A stretch of 64,000 bases of DNA. Origin: Escherichia coli (GTDB lineage Bacteria > Pseudomonadota > Gammaproteobacteria > Enterobacterales > Enterobacteriaceae). Location of the stretch: assembly GCF_041886205.1 (NCBI RefSeq), contig NZ_CP169029.1; one strand, given 5' to 3'. The position numbers and the translations under genes were made by a program. The notes below the pieces were generated by a model. It was not told the DNA's origin. It was given only the letters and a program-made list of their open reading frames with translations, and did not search any database. This document shows, piece after piece, positions 49,863 through 63,046 of the stretch (position 1 is its first letter; each line of letters opens with the position of its first letter).

Positions 49863-50854
49863 TTATTTCACCGTACCTAAAATTTCGATTTTCGCTGCTC
49901 TGGCTTTGACTTTACGTGACCAAATAGAGGTAAGAATTGGCACCAGAATCGAAGTCACAATGACCGCCGTCGCTACCAGCGAAGTTGCTGCCGGAGCCAT
50001 CGGTTTAAACGCAGGCACCATTTCTGCAATCAGCACAGGTGTCGCTACCGCGGCCCCTGCGGAACTGGAAGCGGCAATTCCGGCAGTGCCATCGCCACCG
50101 CCAATCAATTTATCGGCGATAATCAACGGAATACCGGTCACGATAATTACTGCCACACCCAACAGGATCCCCAGCAAACCAGTCTGGGCAATCACAGTCA
50201 AATCAATGGTATTGCCCAGCGCGAAGGCAAAGAATGGAATCAGCGTTTGCACCGCTTTGCTGAAAAATTCTCGTAATTCAGGGTCAAGGTTCCCCAGGGC
50301 AAAGCCCACCAGGAACGGTAATACTGCGCCGACGAAAACATGCGGTTCAAACGAGGCAATCCCTGCAGTGCCCAGAATAATCATCGTCATGAGCGGCCGG
50401 ACTCCAACGACATCAACACAAATGCCCCAGCTTCTTCTTTTGTGCCGTACTGCTGCATGATGGAAGCGTAAAGTCCGCCATTGGTCATATCCATCGCCGC
50501 CACCAGCGCCAGCGTTGAAAGTCCGGCAAAGAATCCAACTTCAACACCATGTTCCGGAATAATGCGCGAGGCAATTGCCGCAACCACCCACGCGACGGCA
50601 ATTTTTGTTACCACCAGCGTACCGGATTTACGCAATACCGTTCCCGTCGCGCTTAATTTTATTGACGCCCCCATGCAAAAAAACCACACCGCCAGAATGG
50701 GCACCGTACCGGTAATCATCCCGTTGGTGAATGATCCAAAATATTTCCCCGCCCCCGGCGAGAAGGTGTGGCACAGTGCGCCAAGGAATAGCGGGACGAG
50801 CATCATCCCCCCCGGGATTTTCTCAATCGAGCGTTTTATCTGCATTTCCATCAC
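49863..50854 (-). pseudogene. kdgT: 2-keto-3-deoxygluconate permease, split into two frames by an apparent 1-bp deletion
   Basis: N-terminal ORF 50387..50854 (155 aa) and C-terminal ORF 49863..50390 (175 aa) are contiguous KdgT-family halves in different frames; total about 330 aa as expected for KdgT. Confidence 0.75.
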
Positions 50855-50964
50855 CTGTCGGCATATTTTTAAGGGCTGATGCGTAATTCCTCAATGGAGC
50901 ATCAGTGTTGATGGAAACGAAGATAGACATTCATTTAATCAATAAAAGTGATCAAAACCACATC

Positions 50965-50985
50965 AATTGAAACACTGTTTTATTT
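50965..50985. promoter_or_regulatory. Putative KdgR operator upstream of kdgT
   Basis: aattGAAACActgTTTTAttt, close to the KdgR palindrome (TGAAACA-N-TGTTTCA); about 110 bp upstream of the kdgT start. Confidence 0.5.
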
Positions 50986-51030
50986 TTATTGGATCATTGT
51001 TTTTATTTTGAAATTGATCACAAAAAAACC

Positions 51031-51066
51031 ACCGCCGTTGGCGATGGTTCATTTTTTAAGCTGATA
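51031..51066 (-). terminator. Intrinsic terminator after sodA
   Basis: Minus-strand reading accatcgcc-aacg-gcggtggt followed by ttttttt. Confidence 0.6.
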
Positions 51067-51104
51067 TGCGGCGTAAACGCCTCATTGCAGCAGGCGGCAA
51101 ATGA

Positions 51105-51725
51105 TTATTTTTTCGCCGCGAAACGTGCCGCTGCTTCATCCCAGTTCACCACGTTCCAGAACTCTTTGATGTAGTCCGGACGGCGGTTCTGGAATTTCAG
51201 GTAGTAAGCATGTTCCCACACATCCAGGCCCAGAATCGGGAAGCCGGAAGCGCCAGAAATAGCTTCACCCATCAGCGGGGAATCCTGGTTAGCAGTAGAA
51301 ACCACCGCCAGTTTATCGCCTTTCAGCACCAGCCATGCCCAGCCGGAACCAAAGCGGGAAGCTGCCGCTTTCTCAAATTCTGCTTTGAAGTTATCAACGG
51401 AGCCGAAGTCACGTTCGATAGCCGCTTTCAGGTCACCCTGTAAGGTGGTGCCTTTTTTCAGACCTTTCCAGAACAGGCTGTGGTTAGCGTGACCGCCAGC
51501 GTTGTTGCGCAGTACGGTTTTCTTGTCTGCTGGCAGCTGGTCCAGTTTGGTGATCAGCTCTTCAACCGGCAGGTTGGCAAATTCTGGCAGGCTTTCCAGC
51601 GCCGCGTTGGCGTTGTTGACGTAGGTCTGATGGTGTTTGGTATGGTGGATTTCCATGGTCTGCTTATCGAAGTGCGGTTCCAGGGCATCGTAAGCATACG
51701 GCAGGGATGGCAGGGTATAGCTCAT
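51105..51725 (-). CDS. sodA: Manganese superoxide dismutase
   Basis: ORF-track entry 51105..51731 trimmed to [38 protein letters not shown] (206 aa). Confidence 0.95.
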   Translation of the reverse strand: MSYTLPSLPYAYDALEPHFDKQTMEIHHTKHHQTYVNNANAALESLPEFANLPVEELITKLDQLPADKKTVLRNNAGGHANHSLFWKGLKKGTTLQGDLKAAIERDFGSVDNFKAEFEKAAASRFGSGWAWLVLKGDKLAVVSTANQDSPLMGEAISGASGFPILGLDVWEHAYYLKFQNRRPDYIKEFWNVVNWDEAAARFAAKK

Positions 51726-51772
51726 ATTCATCTCCAGTATTGTCGGGCGGCCGATTGTTAATGCCGCGTAAG

Positions 51773-51812
51773 CAGTTGGTTCATTATAGTTAATTAAATG
51801 ATATTGAAAATG
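51773..51812 (-). promoter_or_regulatory. sodA promoter with Fur-box-like site
   Basis: Minus-strand reading CATTGATAATCATTTTCAATATCATT (Fur-box-like) then TATAAT at 51773-51778, about 45 bp upstream of the start codon. Confidence 0.55.
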
Positions 51813-52009
51813 ATTATCAATGCCGTACTTTTCGTAAGGGTATGGTTTTGCAGGAAAATGCCCGAGATGTGAAGCAAATCACCCACTTAATGCCGTGATT
51901 GCCAGTAAATCGACAACGGCGGCAACAGGCGAAAGGTTAATCGACAGCACGATTTTTACACTCATCTCGTCGGAGATGTGACGCGACGAAAAATGATGAG
52001 GATAAGAAG

Positions 52010-53044
52010 ATGAGTAACGCGATTACGATGGGGATATTTTGGCATTTGATCGGCGCGGCCAGTGCAGCCTGTTTTTACGCTCCGTTCAAAAAAGTAAAAA
52101 AATGGTCATGGGAAACCATGTGGTCAGTTGGTGGGATTGTTTCGTGGATTATTCTGCCGTGGGCCATCAGCGCCCTGTTACTGCCGAATTTCTGGGCGTA
52201 TTACAGCTCGTTTAGTCTCTCTACGCTGCTGCCTGTTTTTCTGTTCGGCGCTATGTGGGGGATCGGTAATATCAACTACGGCCTGACCATGCGTTATCTC
52301 GGCATGTCGATGGGAATTGGCATCGCCATTGGCATTACGTTGATTGTCGGTACGCTGATGACGCCAATTATCAACGGCAATTTCGATGTTCTGCTTAATA
52401 CCGAAGGCGGACACATGACGTTGCTCGGCGTTCTGGTGGCGCTGATTGGTGTAGGGATTGTGACTCGCGCCGGGCAGTTGAAAGAGCGCAAGATGGGCAT
52501 TAAAGCCGAAGAGTTCAATCTGAAAAAAGGGCTGGTGCTGGCGGTGATGTGCGGCATTTTCTCTGCCGGGATGTCCTTTGCGATGAACGCCGCAAAACCG
52601 ATGCATGAAGCCGCTGCCGCACTGGGCGTCGATCCACTGTATGTCGCTCTGCCAAGCTATGTCATCATCATGGGCGGCGGCGCGATCATCAACCTCGGTT
52701 TCTGCTTCATTCGTCTGGCAAAAGTGAAGGATTTGTCGCTAAAAGCCGACTTCTCGCTGGCAAAAACGCTGATCATTCACAATGTGTTACTCTCAGCACT
52801 GGGCGGGTTGATGTGGTATCTGCAATTCTTTTTCTATGCCTGGGGCCACGCCCGCATTCCGGCGCAGTATGACTACATCAGTTGGATGCTGCATATGAGT
52901 TTCTATGTATTGTGCGGCGGTATCGTCGGGCTGGTGCTGAAAGAGTGGAACAATGCAGGTCGCCGTCCGGTAACGGTGTTGAGCCTCGGTTGTGTGGTGA
53001 TTATTGTCGCCGCCAACATCGTCGGCATCGGCATGGCGAATTAA
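52010..53044 (+). CDS. rhaT: L-rhamnose:proton symporter
   Basis: 344-aa polytopic [29 protein letters not shown]. Confidence 0.9.
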   Translation: MSNAITMGIFWHLIGAASAACFYAPFKKVKKWSWETMWSVGGIVSWIILPWAISALLLPNFWAYYSSFSLSTLLPVFLFGAMWGIGNINYGLTMRYLGMSMGIGIAIGITLIVGTLMTPIINGNFDVLLNTEGGHMTLLGVLVALIGVGIVTRAGQLKERKMGIKAEEFNLKKGLVLAVMCGIFSAGMSFAMNAAKPMHEAAAALGVDPLYVALPSYVIIMGGGAIINLGFCFIRLAKVKDLSLKADFSLAKTLIIHNVLLSALGGLMWYLQFFFYAWGHARIPAQYDYISWMLHMSFYVLCGGIVGLVLKEWNNAGRRPVTVLSLGCVVIIVAANIVGIGMAN

Positions 53045-53889
53045 TCTTTCTGCGAATTGAGATGACGCCACTGGCTGGGCGTCATCCCGGTTTCCCGGGT
53101 AAACACCACCGAAAAATAGTTACTATCTTCAAAGCCACATTCGGTCGAAATATCACTGATTAACAGGCGGCTATGCTGGAGAAGATATTGCGCATGACAC
53201 ACTCTGACCTGCCGCAGATATTGATTGATGGTCATTCCAGTCTGCTGGCGAAATTGCTGACGCAAAACGCGCTCACTGCACGATGCCTCATCACAAAATT
53301 TATCCAGCGCAAAGGGACTTTTCAGGCTAGCCGCCAGCCGGGTAATCAGCTTATCCAGCAACGTTTCGCTGGATGTTGGCGGCAACGAATCACTGGTGTA
53401 ACGATGGCGATTCAGCAACATCACCAACTGCCCGAACAGCAACTCAGCCATTTCGTTAGCAAACGGCACATGCTGACTACTTTCATGCTCAAGCTGACCG
53501 ATAATCTGCCGCGCCTGCGCCATCCCAACGCTACCTAAGCGCCAGTGTGGTTGCCCTGCGCTGGCGCTAAATCCCGGAATCGCCCCCTGCCAGTCAAGAT
53601 TCAGCTTCAGCCGCTCTGGGCAATAAATAATATTCTGCAAAACCAGATCGTTAACGGAAGCGTAGGAGTGTTTATCGTCAGCATGAATGTAAAAGAGATC
53701 GCCACGGGTAATGCGATAAGGACGATCGTTGAGTACATGCAGACCATTACCGCGCCAGACAATCACCAGCTCACAAAAATCATGTGTATGTTCGGCAAAG
53801 ACATCTTGCGGATAACGGTCAGCCACAGCGACTGCCTGCTGGTCGCTGGCAAAAAAATCATCTTTGAGAAGTTTTAACTGATGCGCCAC
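53041..53889 (-). CDS. rhaR: AraC-family activator RhaR
   Basis: ORF-track entry 53041..54096; 282-aa form starting at GTG 53889 ([13 protein letters not shown]); a longer 312-aa form from ATG 53979 would overlap the rhaS 3' end; start is uncertain. Confidence 0.85.
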   Translation of the reverse strand: MAHQLKLLKDDFFASDQQAVAVADRYPQDVFAEHTHDFCELVIVWRGNGLHVLNDRPYRITRGDLFYIHADDKHSYASVNDLVLQNIIYCPERLKLNLDWQGAIPGFSASAGQPHWRLGSVGMAQARQIIGQLEHESSQHVPFANEMAELLFGQLVMLLNRHRYTSDSLPPTSSETLLDKLITRLAASLKSPFALDKFCDEASCSERVLRQQFRQQTGMTINQYLRQVRVCHAQYLLQHSRLLISDISTECGFEDSNYFSVVFTRETGMTPSQWRHLNSQKD

Positions 53890-53962
53890 CGTGGCTACCT
53901 CGGCCAGAGAACGAAGTTGATTATTCGCAATATGGCGTACAAATACGTTGAGAAGATTCGCG

Positions 53963-54799
53963 TTATTGCAGAAAACCATCCCGTCCCTGGCGAATATCAC
54001 GCGGTGACCAGTTAAACTCTCGGCGAAAAAGCGTCGAAAAGTGGTTACTGTCGCTGAATCCGCAGCGATAGGCGATGTCAGTAACGCTGGCCTCACTGTG
54101 ACGTAGCAGATGTCGGGCTTTCATCAGTCGCAGGCGGTTCAGGTAACGCTGAGGCGTCAGTCCCGTTTGCTGCTTAAGCTGCCGATGTAGCGTACGCAGT
54201 GAAAGAGAAAATTGATCCGCCACGGCATCCCAATTCACCTCATCGGCAAAATGGTCCTCCAGCCAGGCCAGAAGCAAGTTGAGACGTGATGCGCTGTTTT
54301 CCAGGTTCTCCTGCAAACTGCTTTTACGCAGCAAGAGCAGTAATTGCATAAACAAGATCTCGCGACTGGCGGTCGAGGGTAAATCATTTTCCCCTTCCTG
54401 CTGTTCCATCTGTGCAACCAGCTGTCGCACCTGCTGCAATACGCTGTGGTTAACGCGCCAGTGAGACGGATACTGCCCATCCAGCTCTTGTGGCAGCAAC
54501 TGATTCAGCCCGGCGAGAAACTGAAATCGATCCGGCGAGCGATACAGCACATTGGTCAGACACAGATTATCGGTATGTTCATACAGATGCCGATCATGAT
54601 CGCGTACGAAACAGACCGTGCCACCGGTGATGGTATAGGGCTGCCCATTAAACACATGAATACCCGTGCCATGTTCGACAATCACAATTTCATGAAAATC
54701 ATGATGATGTTCAGGAAAATCCGCCTGCGGGAGCCGGGGTTCTATCGCCACGGACGCGTTACCAGACGGAAAAAAATCCACACTATGTAATACGGTCAT
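53963..54799 (-). CDS. rhaS: AraC-family activator RhaS
   Basis: 278-aa [40 protein letters not shown]. Confidence 0.9.
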   Translation of the reverse strand: MTVLHSVDFFPSGNASVAIEPRLPQADFPEHHHDFHEIVIVEHGTGIHVFNGQPYTITGGTVCFVRDHDRHLYEHTDNLCLTNVLYRSPDRFQFLAGLNQLLPQELDGQYPSHWRVNHSVLQQVRQLVAQMEQQEGENDLPSTASREILFMQLLLLLRKSSLQENLENSASRLNLLLAWLEDHFADEVNWDAVADQFSLSLRTLHRQLKQQTGLTPQRYLNRLRLMKARHLLRHSEASVTDIAYRCGFSDSNHFSTLFRREFNWSPRDIRQGRDGFLQ

Positions 54800-54958
54800 A
54801 CTGGCCTCCTGATGTCGTCAACACGGCGAAATAGTAATCACGAGGTCAGGTTCTTACCTTAAATTTTCGACGGAAAACCACGTAAAAAACGTCGATTTTT
54901 CAAGATACAGCGTGAATTTTCAGGAAATGCGGTGAGCATCACATCACCACAATGAAGC

Positions 54959-55030
54959 AAATTGTGAACATCATCACGTTCATCTTTCCCTGGTTGCCAA
55001 TGGCCCATTTTCCTGTCAGTAACGAGAAGG
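54959..55030 (+). promoter_or_regulatory. rhaBAD promoter control region: CRP site followed by RhaS binding half-sites
   Basis: attGTGAAcatcaTCACGttc (CRP-like) then tctttccctggttgccaatggcccattttcctgtcagtaacgagaagg, matching the rhaB promoter as I recall it. Confidence 0.7.
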
Positions 55031-55053
55031 TCACGAATTCAGGCGCTTTTTAG

Positions 55054-57812
<2,759 letters not shown>

Positions 57813-57816
57813 ACAC

Positions 57817-58038
57817 TGCCGGATGCGGCGCGAGCGCCTTATCCGGCCTACAGGTCGGCAACAGTTGTAGGCCTGATAAGACGCGACAGCGTCGCATCAG
57901 GCATTGATTGCCGGATGCGGCACGAGTGCCTTATCCGGCCTACAGGTCGGCAATAGTTGTAGGCCTGATAAGACGCGACAGCGTCGCATCAGGCATTGAT
58001 TGCCGGATGCGGCACGAGCGCCTTATCCGGCCTACGGG
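57817..58038. repeat. Tandemly repeated BIME unit (~92 bp x ~2.4) between rhaA and rhaD
   Basis: Unit tgccggatgcggcgcgagcgccttatccggcctacaggtcggcaacagttgtaggcctgataagacgcgacagcgtcgcatcaggcattgat repeated at 57817-57908 and 57909-58000 with 3 substitutions; partial third copy to about 58038. Confidence 0.85.
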
Positions 58039-58078
58039 TCGTGCATCTGACAACACCGAATTTACAGGAACACAGAAC

Positions 58079-58903
58079 ATGCAAAACATTACCCAGTCCT
58101 GGTTTGTCCAGGGAATGATCAAAGCCACCACCGATGCCTGGCTGAAAGGCTGGGACGAGCGCAACGGCGGCAACCTGACGCTGCGCCTGGATGACGCCGA
58201 TATCGCGCCTTATAAAGACAACTTCCATGCACAACCGCGCTATATCCCGCTCAGCCAGCCCATGCCTTTACTGGCAAATACACCGTTTATTGTCACCGGC
58301 TCCGGCAAATTCTTCCGTAACGTCCAGCTTGATCCTGCAGCTAACTTAGGCGTCGTAAAAATCGACAGCGACGGCGCGGGCTACCATATTCTCTGGGGGT
58401 TAACCAACGAAGCCGTTCCCACTTCCGAACTTCCGGCTCACTTCCTTTCCCACTGCGAGCGCATTAAAGCCACCAACGGTAAAGATCGGGTGATCATGCA
58501 CTGCCACGCCACCAACCTGATCGCCCTCACCTATGTACTGGAAAACGACACCGCGGTCTTTACTCGCCAACTGTGGGAAGGCAGCACCGAGTGTCTGGTA
58601 GTGTTCCCGGATGGCGTTGGCATTTTGCCGTGGATGGTGCCCGGCACGGACAAAATCGGCCAGGCGACCGCACAAGAGATGCAAAAACATTCGCTGGTGT
58701 TGTGGCCCTTCCACGGCGTCTTCGGCAGCGGTCCGACACTGGATGAAACATTCGGTTTAATCGACACTGCAGAAAAATCAGCACAAGTATTAGTGAAGGT
58801 TTATTCGATGGGCGGCATGAAACAGACCATCAGCCGTGAAGAGCTGATTGCACTCGGTGAGCGTTTTGGCGTTACGCCACTATCCAGTGCGCTGGCGCTG
58901 TAA
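58079..58903 (+). CDS. rhaD: Rhamnulose-1-phosphate aldolase
   Basis: ORF-track entry 57908..58903 has its 5' part inside the BIME repeats; trimmed to [24 protein letters not shown] (274 aa). Confidence 0.9.
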   Translation: MQNITQSWFVQGMIKATTDAWLKGWDERNGGNLTLRLDDADIAPYKDNFHAQPRYIPLSQPMPLLANTPFIVTGSGKFFRNVQLDPAANLGVVKIDSDGAGYHILWGLTNEAVPTSELPAHFLSHCERIKATNGKDRVIMHCHATNLIALTYVLENDTAVFTRQLWEGSTECLVVFPDGVGILPWMVPGTDKIGQATAQEMQKHSLVLWPFHGVFGSGPTLDETFGLIDTAEKSAQVLVKVYSMGGMKQTISREELIALGERFGVTPLSSALAL

Positions 58904-58912
58904 GGAGCAAAC

Positions 58913-59227
58913 ATGATCCGCAAAGCCTTTGTCATGCAGGTTAACCCCGACGCCCACGAAGAGTATCAGCGTCGGCATAACCCCATCTGGCCGGAACTGG
59001 AAGCAGTGTTGAAATCTCACGGTGCGCATAACTACGCCATTTACCTCGACAAAGCGCGTAATCTGCTGTTTGCCATGGTAGAGATTGAATCTGAAGAACG
59101 GTGGAATGCGGTAGCCAGCACTGAAATCTGCCAACGTTGGTGGAAATATATGACCGACGTTATGCCAGCTAACCCGGATAACAGCCCGGTGAGTAGCGAG
59201 CTGCAAGAAGTGTTTTACCTGCCTTAA
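58913..59227 (+). CDS. rhaM: L-rhamnose mutarotase
   Basis: 104-aa [33 protein letters not shown]. Confidence 0.9.
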   Translation: MIRKAFVMQVNPDAHEEYQRRHNPIWPELEAVLKSHGAHNYAIYLDKARNLLFAMVEIESEERWNAVASTEICQRWWKYMTDVMPANPDNSPVSSELQEVFYLP

Positions 59228-59267
59228 TGAGTTGCGGTGCCGGAAAATATCCAGCACCGCGACTTCA

Positions 59268-60661
59268 TCAGAAGAAGTATTTAAAGCGAACGCGTGCGCC
59301 GTAACGGTCATCAGTATCATCACCGTGTTTTTTATCACCGTCGCTATCCAGAATGGAGTAATACGTCCCGAGGTAAATATTAAAGTTCTCCATATCCATC
59401 ACATTAGCGAACTGATAAGACGCATGAATGGTGTGAATGGTGTACGTCCCTTCATCATCAATCCAGCAGTCGTTATCACAAACTACACCGCTGAATTCAT
59501 CAATCTTATTGTGCGCGTAGATATAACCGAGCTCGAAACGTTTCCACAGCGCGTTAATCCCGGCAGTGAAATCTTTCTCATTATTAGCATCTAAATAGGC
59601 GGTATTAAGATTAACCACAATGCCATTGTCCGGATCCATTTTCAGGCCGTTCCAGGTCATGCTCATACCATAGCCGGTACGATCGGACTGATCGACAAAA
59701 TTACCCTTGCTATCGGTATAACCATAAGCATTATTTACCACGTTAGCTTCCATCGCTGCGGAAACGGTGAATTCTTCCGTCGGCGACCAGGCAATTACCG
59801 GACGCAGATAAGCAACATTTTTCTGCTGCTCCATATCGCGTCCATGATAATTACCGTCATTATATAAAGATGTTCCGTCTTCAAGTAACGTGTTTAATTC
59901 AAAATACCAGTTATCAAGTTGTTTGCTGACGAGGAAATTACCGCCAGCGTTAGAACGCCCGCGGCCCTCTTTCATCATATAGATATAACCGCTGCCATCG
60001 TCATAAAGATCGTTCGCAGTATTACCGGAATGTTCAACAAAGGTATCCTGATTCAACGGGAACATATCGTAGGCTTCAAAACGGCCTACTTTGACCTCCA
60101 GTCGTTTTCTTTGCCAAAGAAGAATACCGCATCATCGATATTTACTGAACCGTACATATCTCCCAGCGGTTGTGCGGAGAACCCGGCGAAATAACCATTA
60201 TCCAGTTTTCGCATACCATCAAAACCTAACAGAATACGACCATTGAGATTCCACTGTTCATTAGTGGGATCGCTATTCACATCAGCGTTGGTCATTGCCA
60301 GCAGGCCATGATTACTTTCCGCATCCATATTAAATTCTACGTCACCGTAGATTTTTAAATCGCCATAACCTGAAAGCAAAAGATTAGGTGAGGTGGCATT
60401 TTTCTTTGCAGATTCCGCCGTTGTCTGTCCATTTACCGGCGTATTGCCCTGGGCAGCCTTAATTTCGCGGATCTCAGCGGCTTGTTGTATCTGCAGCTGT
60501 TTAACCTGGCTCTCTGCTTTTGCCGCCCGCATTTCTGCCGCTTCCAGGCGTTCTTCCAGCAATGCCATGCGTTGTTCCAGCGTTAAATGCTGTGTTTTTG
60601 CCATACCGGTACTACATGCCAATAATAAACCGATGGCTAAAGATAATGTCGATTTTTTCAT
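59268..60661 (-). pseudogene. Outer-membrane porin-like gene (signal peptide + coiled coil + beta-barrel), split by a frameshift
   Basis: ORF 60086..60661 encodes signal peptide MKKSTLSLAIGLLLACSTGMA and a heptad coiled coil; ORF 59268..60065 encodes a Gly/Tyr/Asn/Asp-rich barrel-like domain ending ...RVRFKYFF; the frames overlap between about 60088 and 60134. Confidence 0.55.
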
Positions 60662-61137
60662 TATTTACGTTCCCTGAAATAAAGGAGGCCCTACGCTTTC
60701 CAAAAGGAATACGTATATAGAGAAATATAAAGTGTGCACTTTCGAATTTTTAATCCAACTTCAGCAGGCCGATGGATAGTATCCCGCCGCATAATATGAG
60801 TAAATCCGCTGATTTCCTGGAACGTGAGGAATATAACAATAGTGCCGTTTTTAACTAAATATCGTAAAAAATATGAGATATGATTCACGCTGACACATAA
60901 GCCAAAAATATAAATAACGTTTAGACAAATTATCCGAGACATTTAAACATTTACAAAATCATTAAATAATGATTTTTTATTCACAACATTTATTTAACCC
61001 ATCAATATGTGCCTTACACCGCAAAATTTATCCTTCACTCTGCCTTATATTGTCACGACTTCACGACATATCCGCGCTCATCACAAAACCGCCCCACCGT
61101 TACAATTAACAATAATATTTTTTCATGGAGTCCAATA

Positions 61138-61584
61138 ATGGCAGCTCTTACTGCAAACTGTATTGACCTGAATATTCAGGGCAATGGCGCTTATTCCGTT
61201 CTGAAGCAGTTGGCGACAATAGCGTTACAAAACGGTTTTATCACCGACTCACACCAGTTCCTGCAAATTCTGCTGCTGCGCGAAAAAATGCACTCCACCG
61301 GTTTTGGTTCCGGCATCGCCGTGCCGCACGGTAAAAGCGCCTGCGTTAAACAACCGTTCGTGTTATTCGCCCGCAAAGCGCAGGCCATTGACTGGAAAGC
61401 CAGTGACGGCGAAGACGTCAATTGCTGGATCTGCCTCGGCGTGCCGCAAAGCGGCGAAGAGGATCAGGTCAAAATCATCGGCACACTGTGTCGCAAAATT
61501 ATCCACCAGGATTTTATCAACCAACTGCAACAGGGCGACGCCGACCAGGTGCTTGCCTTGTTAAATCAAACCCTCAGCTCATAA
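61138..61584 (+). CDS. frvA: PTS fructose-like EIIA component
   Basis: ORF-track entry 61009..61584 trimmed to MAALTANCIDLNIQGNGAYSVLKQ (148 aa). Confidence 0.85.
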   Translation: MAALTANCIDLNIQGNGAYSVLKQLATIALQNGFITDSHQFLQILLLREKMHSTGFGSGIAVPHGKSACVKQPFVLFARKAQAIDWKASDGEDVNCWICLGVPQSGEEDQVKIIGTLCRKIIHQDFINQLQQGDADQVLALLNQTLSS

Positions 61585-61594
61585 GGAAGTGGCG

Positions 61595-63046
61595 ATGGAG
61601 TCATCCTTACGTATTGTCGCGATCACCAACTGCCCCGCCGGGATCGCTCACACCTACATGGTGGCGGAAGCCCTGGAACAGAAAGCCCGTTCTCTCGACC
61701 ATACCATAAAAGTGGAAACTCAAGGGTCCAGCGGCGTTGAAAACCGCTTATCCAGCGAAGAGATTGCCGCCGCCGATTACGTGATTCTCGCCACCGGGCG
61801 TGGCTTGAGCGGCGATGACCGGGCGCGGTTTGCCGGGAAGAAAGTTTATGAGATTGCCATCTCCCAGGCGTTGAAAAATATCGACCAGATTTTCAGCGAA
61901 TTACCGACAAACTCGCAGCTTTTTGCCGCAGATAGCGGCGTGAAGCTTGGCAAACAGGAAGTGCAAAGCGGCAGCGTGATGAGCCACCTGATGGCGGGCG
62001 TCTCTGCGGCGCTGCCGTTTGTCATCGGCGGTGGTATCCTGGTAGCGCTTGCCAACATGCTGGTGCAGTTCGGTTTGCCGTATACCGATATGTCGAAAGG
62101 CGCGCCGTCGTTTACCTGGGTAGTTGAATCCATCGGTTACCTTGGCTTCACCTTTATGATCCCCATCATGGGCGCTTATATTGCCTCGTCGATTGCCGAT
62201 AAACCGGCTTTCGCTCCGGCGTTTCTGGTTTGCTATCTGGCGAACGACAAAGCGCTGCTCGGCACCCAGTCGGGTGCGGGATTCCTCGGCGCGGTGGTGC
62301 TGGGGCTGGCGATTGGCTATTTCGTCTTCTGGTTCCGCAAAGTGCGCCTTGGCAAAGCATTACAACCGCTGCTCGGTTCAATGCTGATCCCGTTCGTTAC
62401 TCTGCTGGTTTTCGGCGTGCTCACTTACTACGTTATCGGGCCGGTGATGTCCGACCTCATGGGCGGGCTGCTCCACTTCCTGAATACCATTCCTCCATCA
62501 ATGAAGTTTGCGGCAGCGTTTCTGGTCGGTGCGATGCTGGCGTTCGATATGGGCGGCCCCATCAATAAAACCGCCTGGTTCTTCTGCTTCTCACTGCTGG
62601 AAAAACACATTTATGACTGGTACGCCATCGTCGGCGTTGTCGCGTTGATGCCGCCCGTTGCGGCGGGTCTTGCGACGTTCATTGCGCCCAAACTGTTTAC
62701 CCGACAGGAAAAAGAGGCTGTCAGTAGTGCCATTGTGGTCGGTGCCACAGTCGCAACCGAACCGGCTATACCTTACGCTCTGGCAGCTCCGTTGCCGATG
62801 ATTACCGCCAATACGCTGGCGGGCGGCATTACCGGCGTGCTGGTGATCGCTTTCGGAATCAAACGTCTGGCACCTGGTTTGGGTATCTTTGACCCGCTGA
62901 TCGGCCTGATGTCGCCGGTAGATTCGTTTTATCTGGTGCTGGCGATTGGCCTCGCGCTGAACATTTCATTCATTATCGTCCTGAAAGGATTGTGGTTACG
63001 CCGCAAAGCGAAAGCCGCGCAACAGGAGCTTGTCCATGAACATTGA
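61595..63046 (+). CDS. frvB: PTS fructose-like EIIBC component
   Basis: ORF-track entry 61589..63046; ATG 61595 with AAGGAAG upstream; EIIB motif ITNCPAGIAHTYM then polytopic EIIC. Confidence 0.85.
   Translation: MESSLRIVAITNCPAGIAHTYMVAEALEQKARSLDHTIKVETQGSSGVENRLSSEEIAAADYVILATGRGLSGDDRARFAGKKVYEIAISQALKNIDQIFSELPTNSQLFAADSGVKLGKQEVQSGSVMSHLMAGVSAALPFVIGGGILVALANMLVQFGLPYTDMSKGAPSFTWVVESIGYLGFTFMIPIMGAYIASSIADKPAFAPAFLVCYLANDKALLGTQSGAGFLGAVVLGLAIGYFVFWFRKVRLGKALQPLLGSMLIPFVTLLVFGVLTYYVIGPVMSDLMGGLLHFLNTIPPSMKFAAAFLVGAMLAFDMGGPINKTAWFFCFSLLEKHIYDWYAIVGVVALMPPVAAGLATFIAPKLFTRQEKEAVSSAIVVGATVATEPAIPYALAAPLPMITANTLAGGITGVLVIAFGIKRLAPGLGIFDPLIGLMSPVDSFYLVLAIGLALNISFIIVLKGLWLRRKAKAAQQELVHEH

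Noticed and set aside
53979-54096. Upstream extension of the ORF-track rhaR entry (start at 54096)
   Set aside because: It would overlap the rhaS coding region by more than 130 bp; the conserved RhaR sequence begins at either 53979 (ATG) or 53889 (GTG), so the extension is a read-through artefact of the open frame.
57817-58038. Possible CRISPR array, because of regularly spaced direct repeats
   Set aside because: The repeat units are about 92 bp and themselves contain REP palindromes, with no unique spacers between short repeats and no cas genes nearby; this is a BIME tandem array, not CRISPR.
60691-60942. 83-aa minus-strand ORF in the AT-rich region upstream of frvA
   Set aside because: Low-complexity AT-rich sequence without a convincing ribosome-binding site; more likely promoter DNA for frvA and the divergent porin-like gene.
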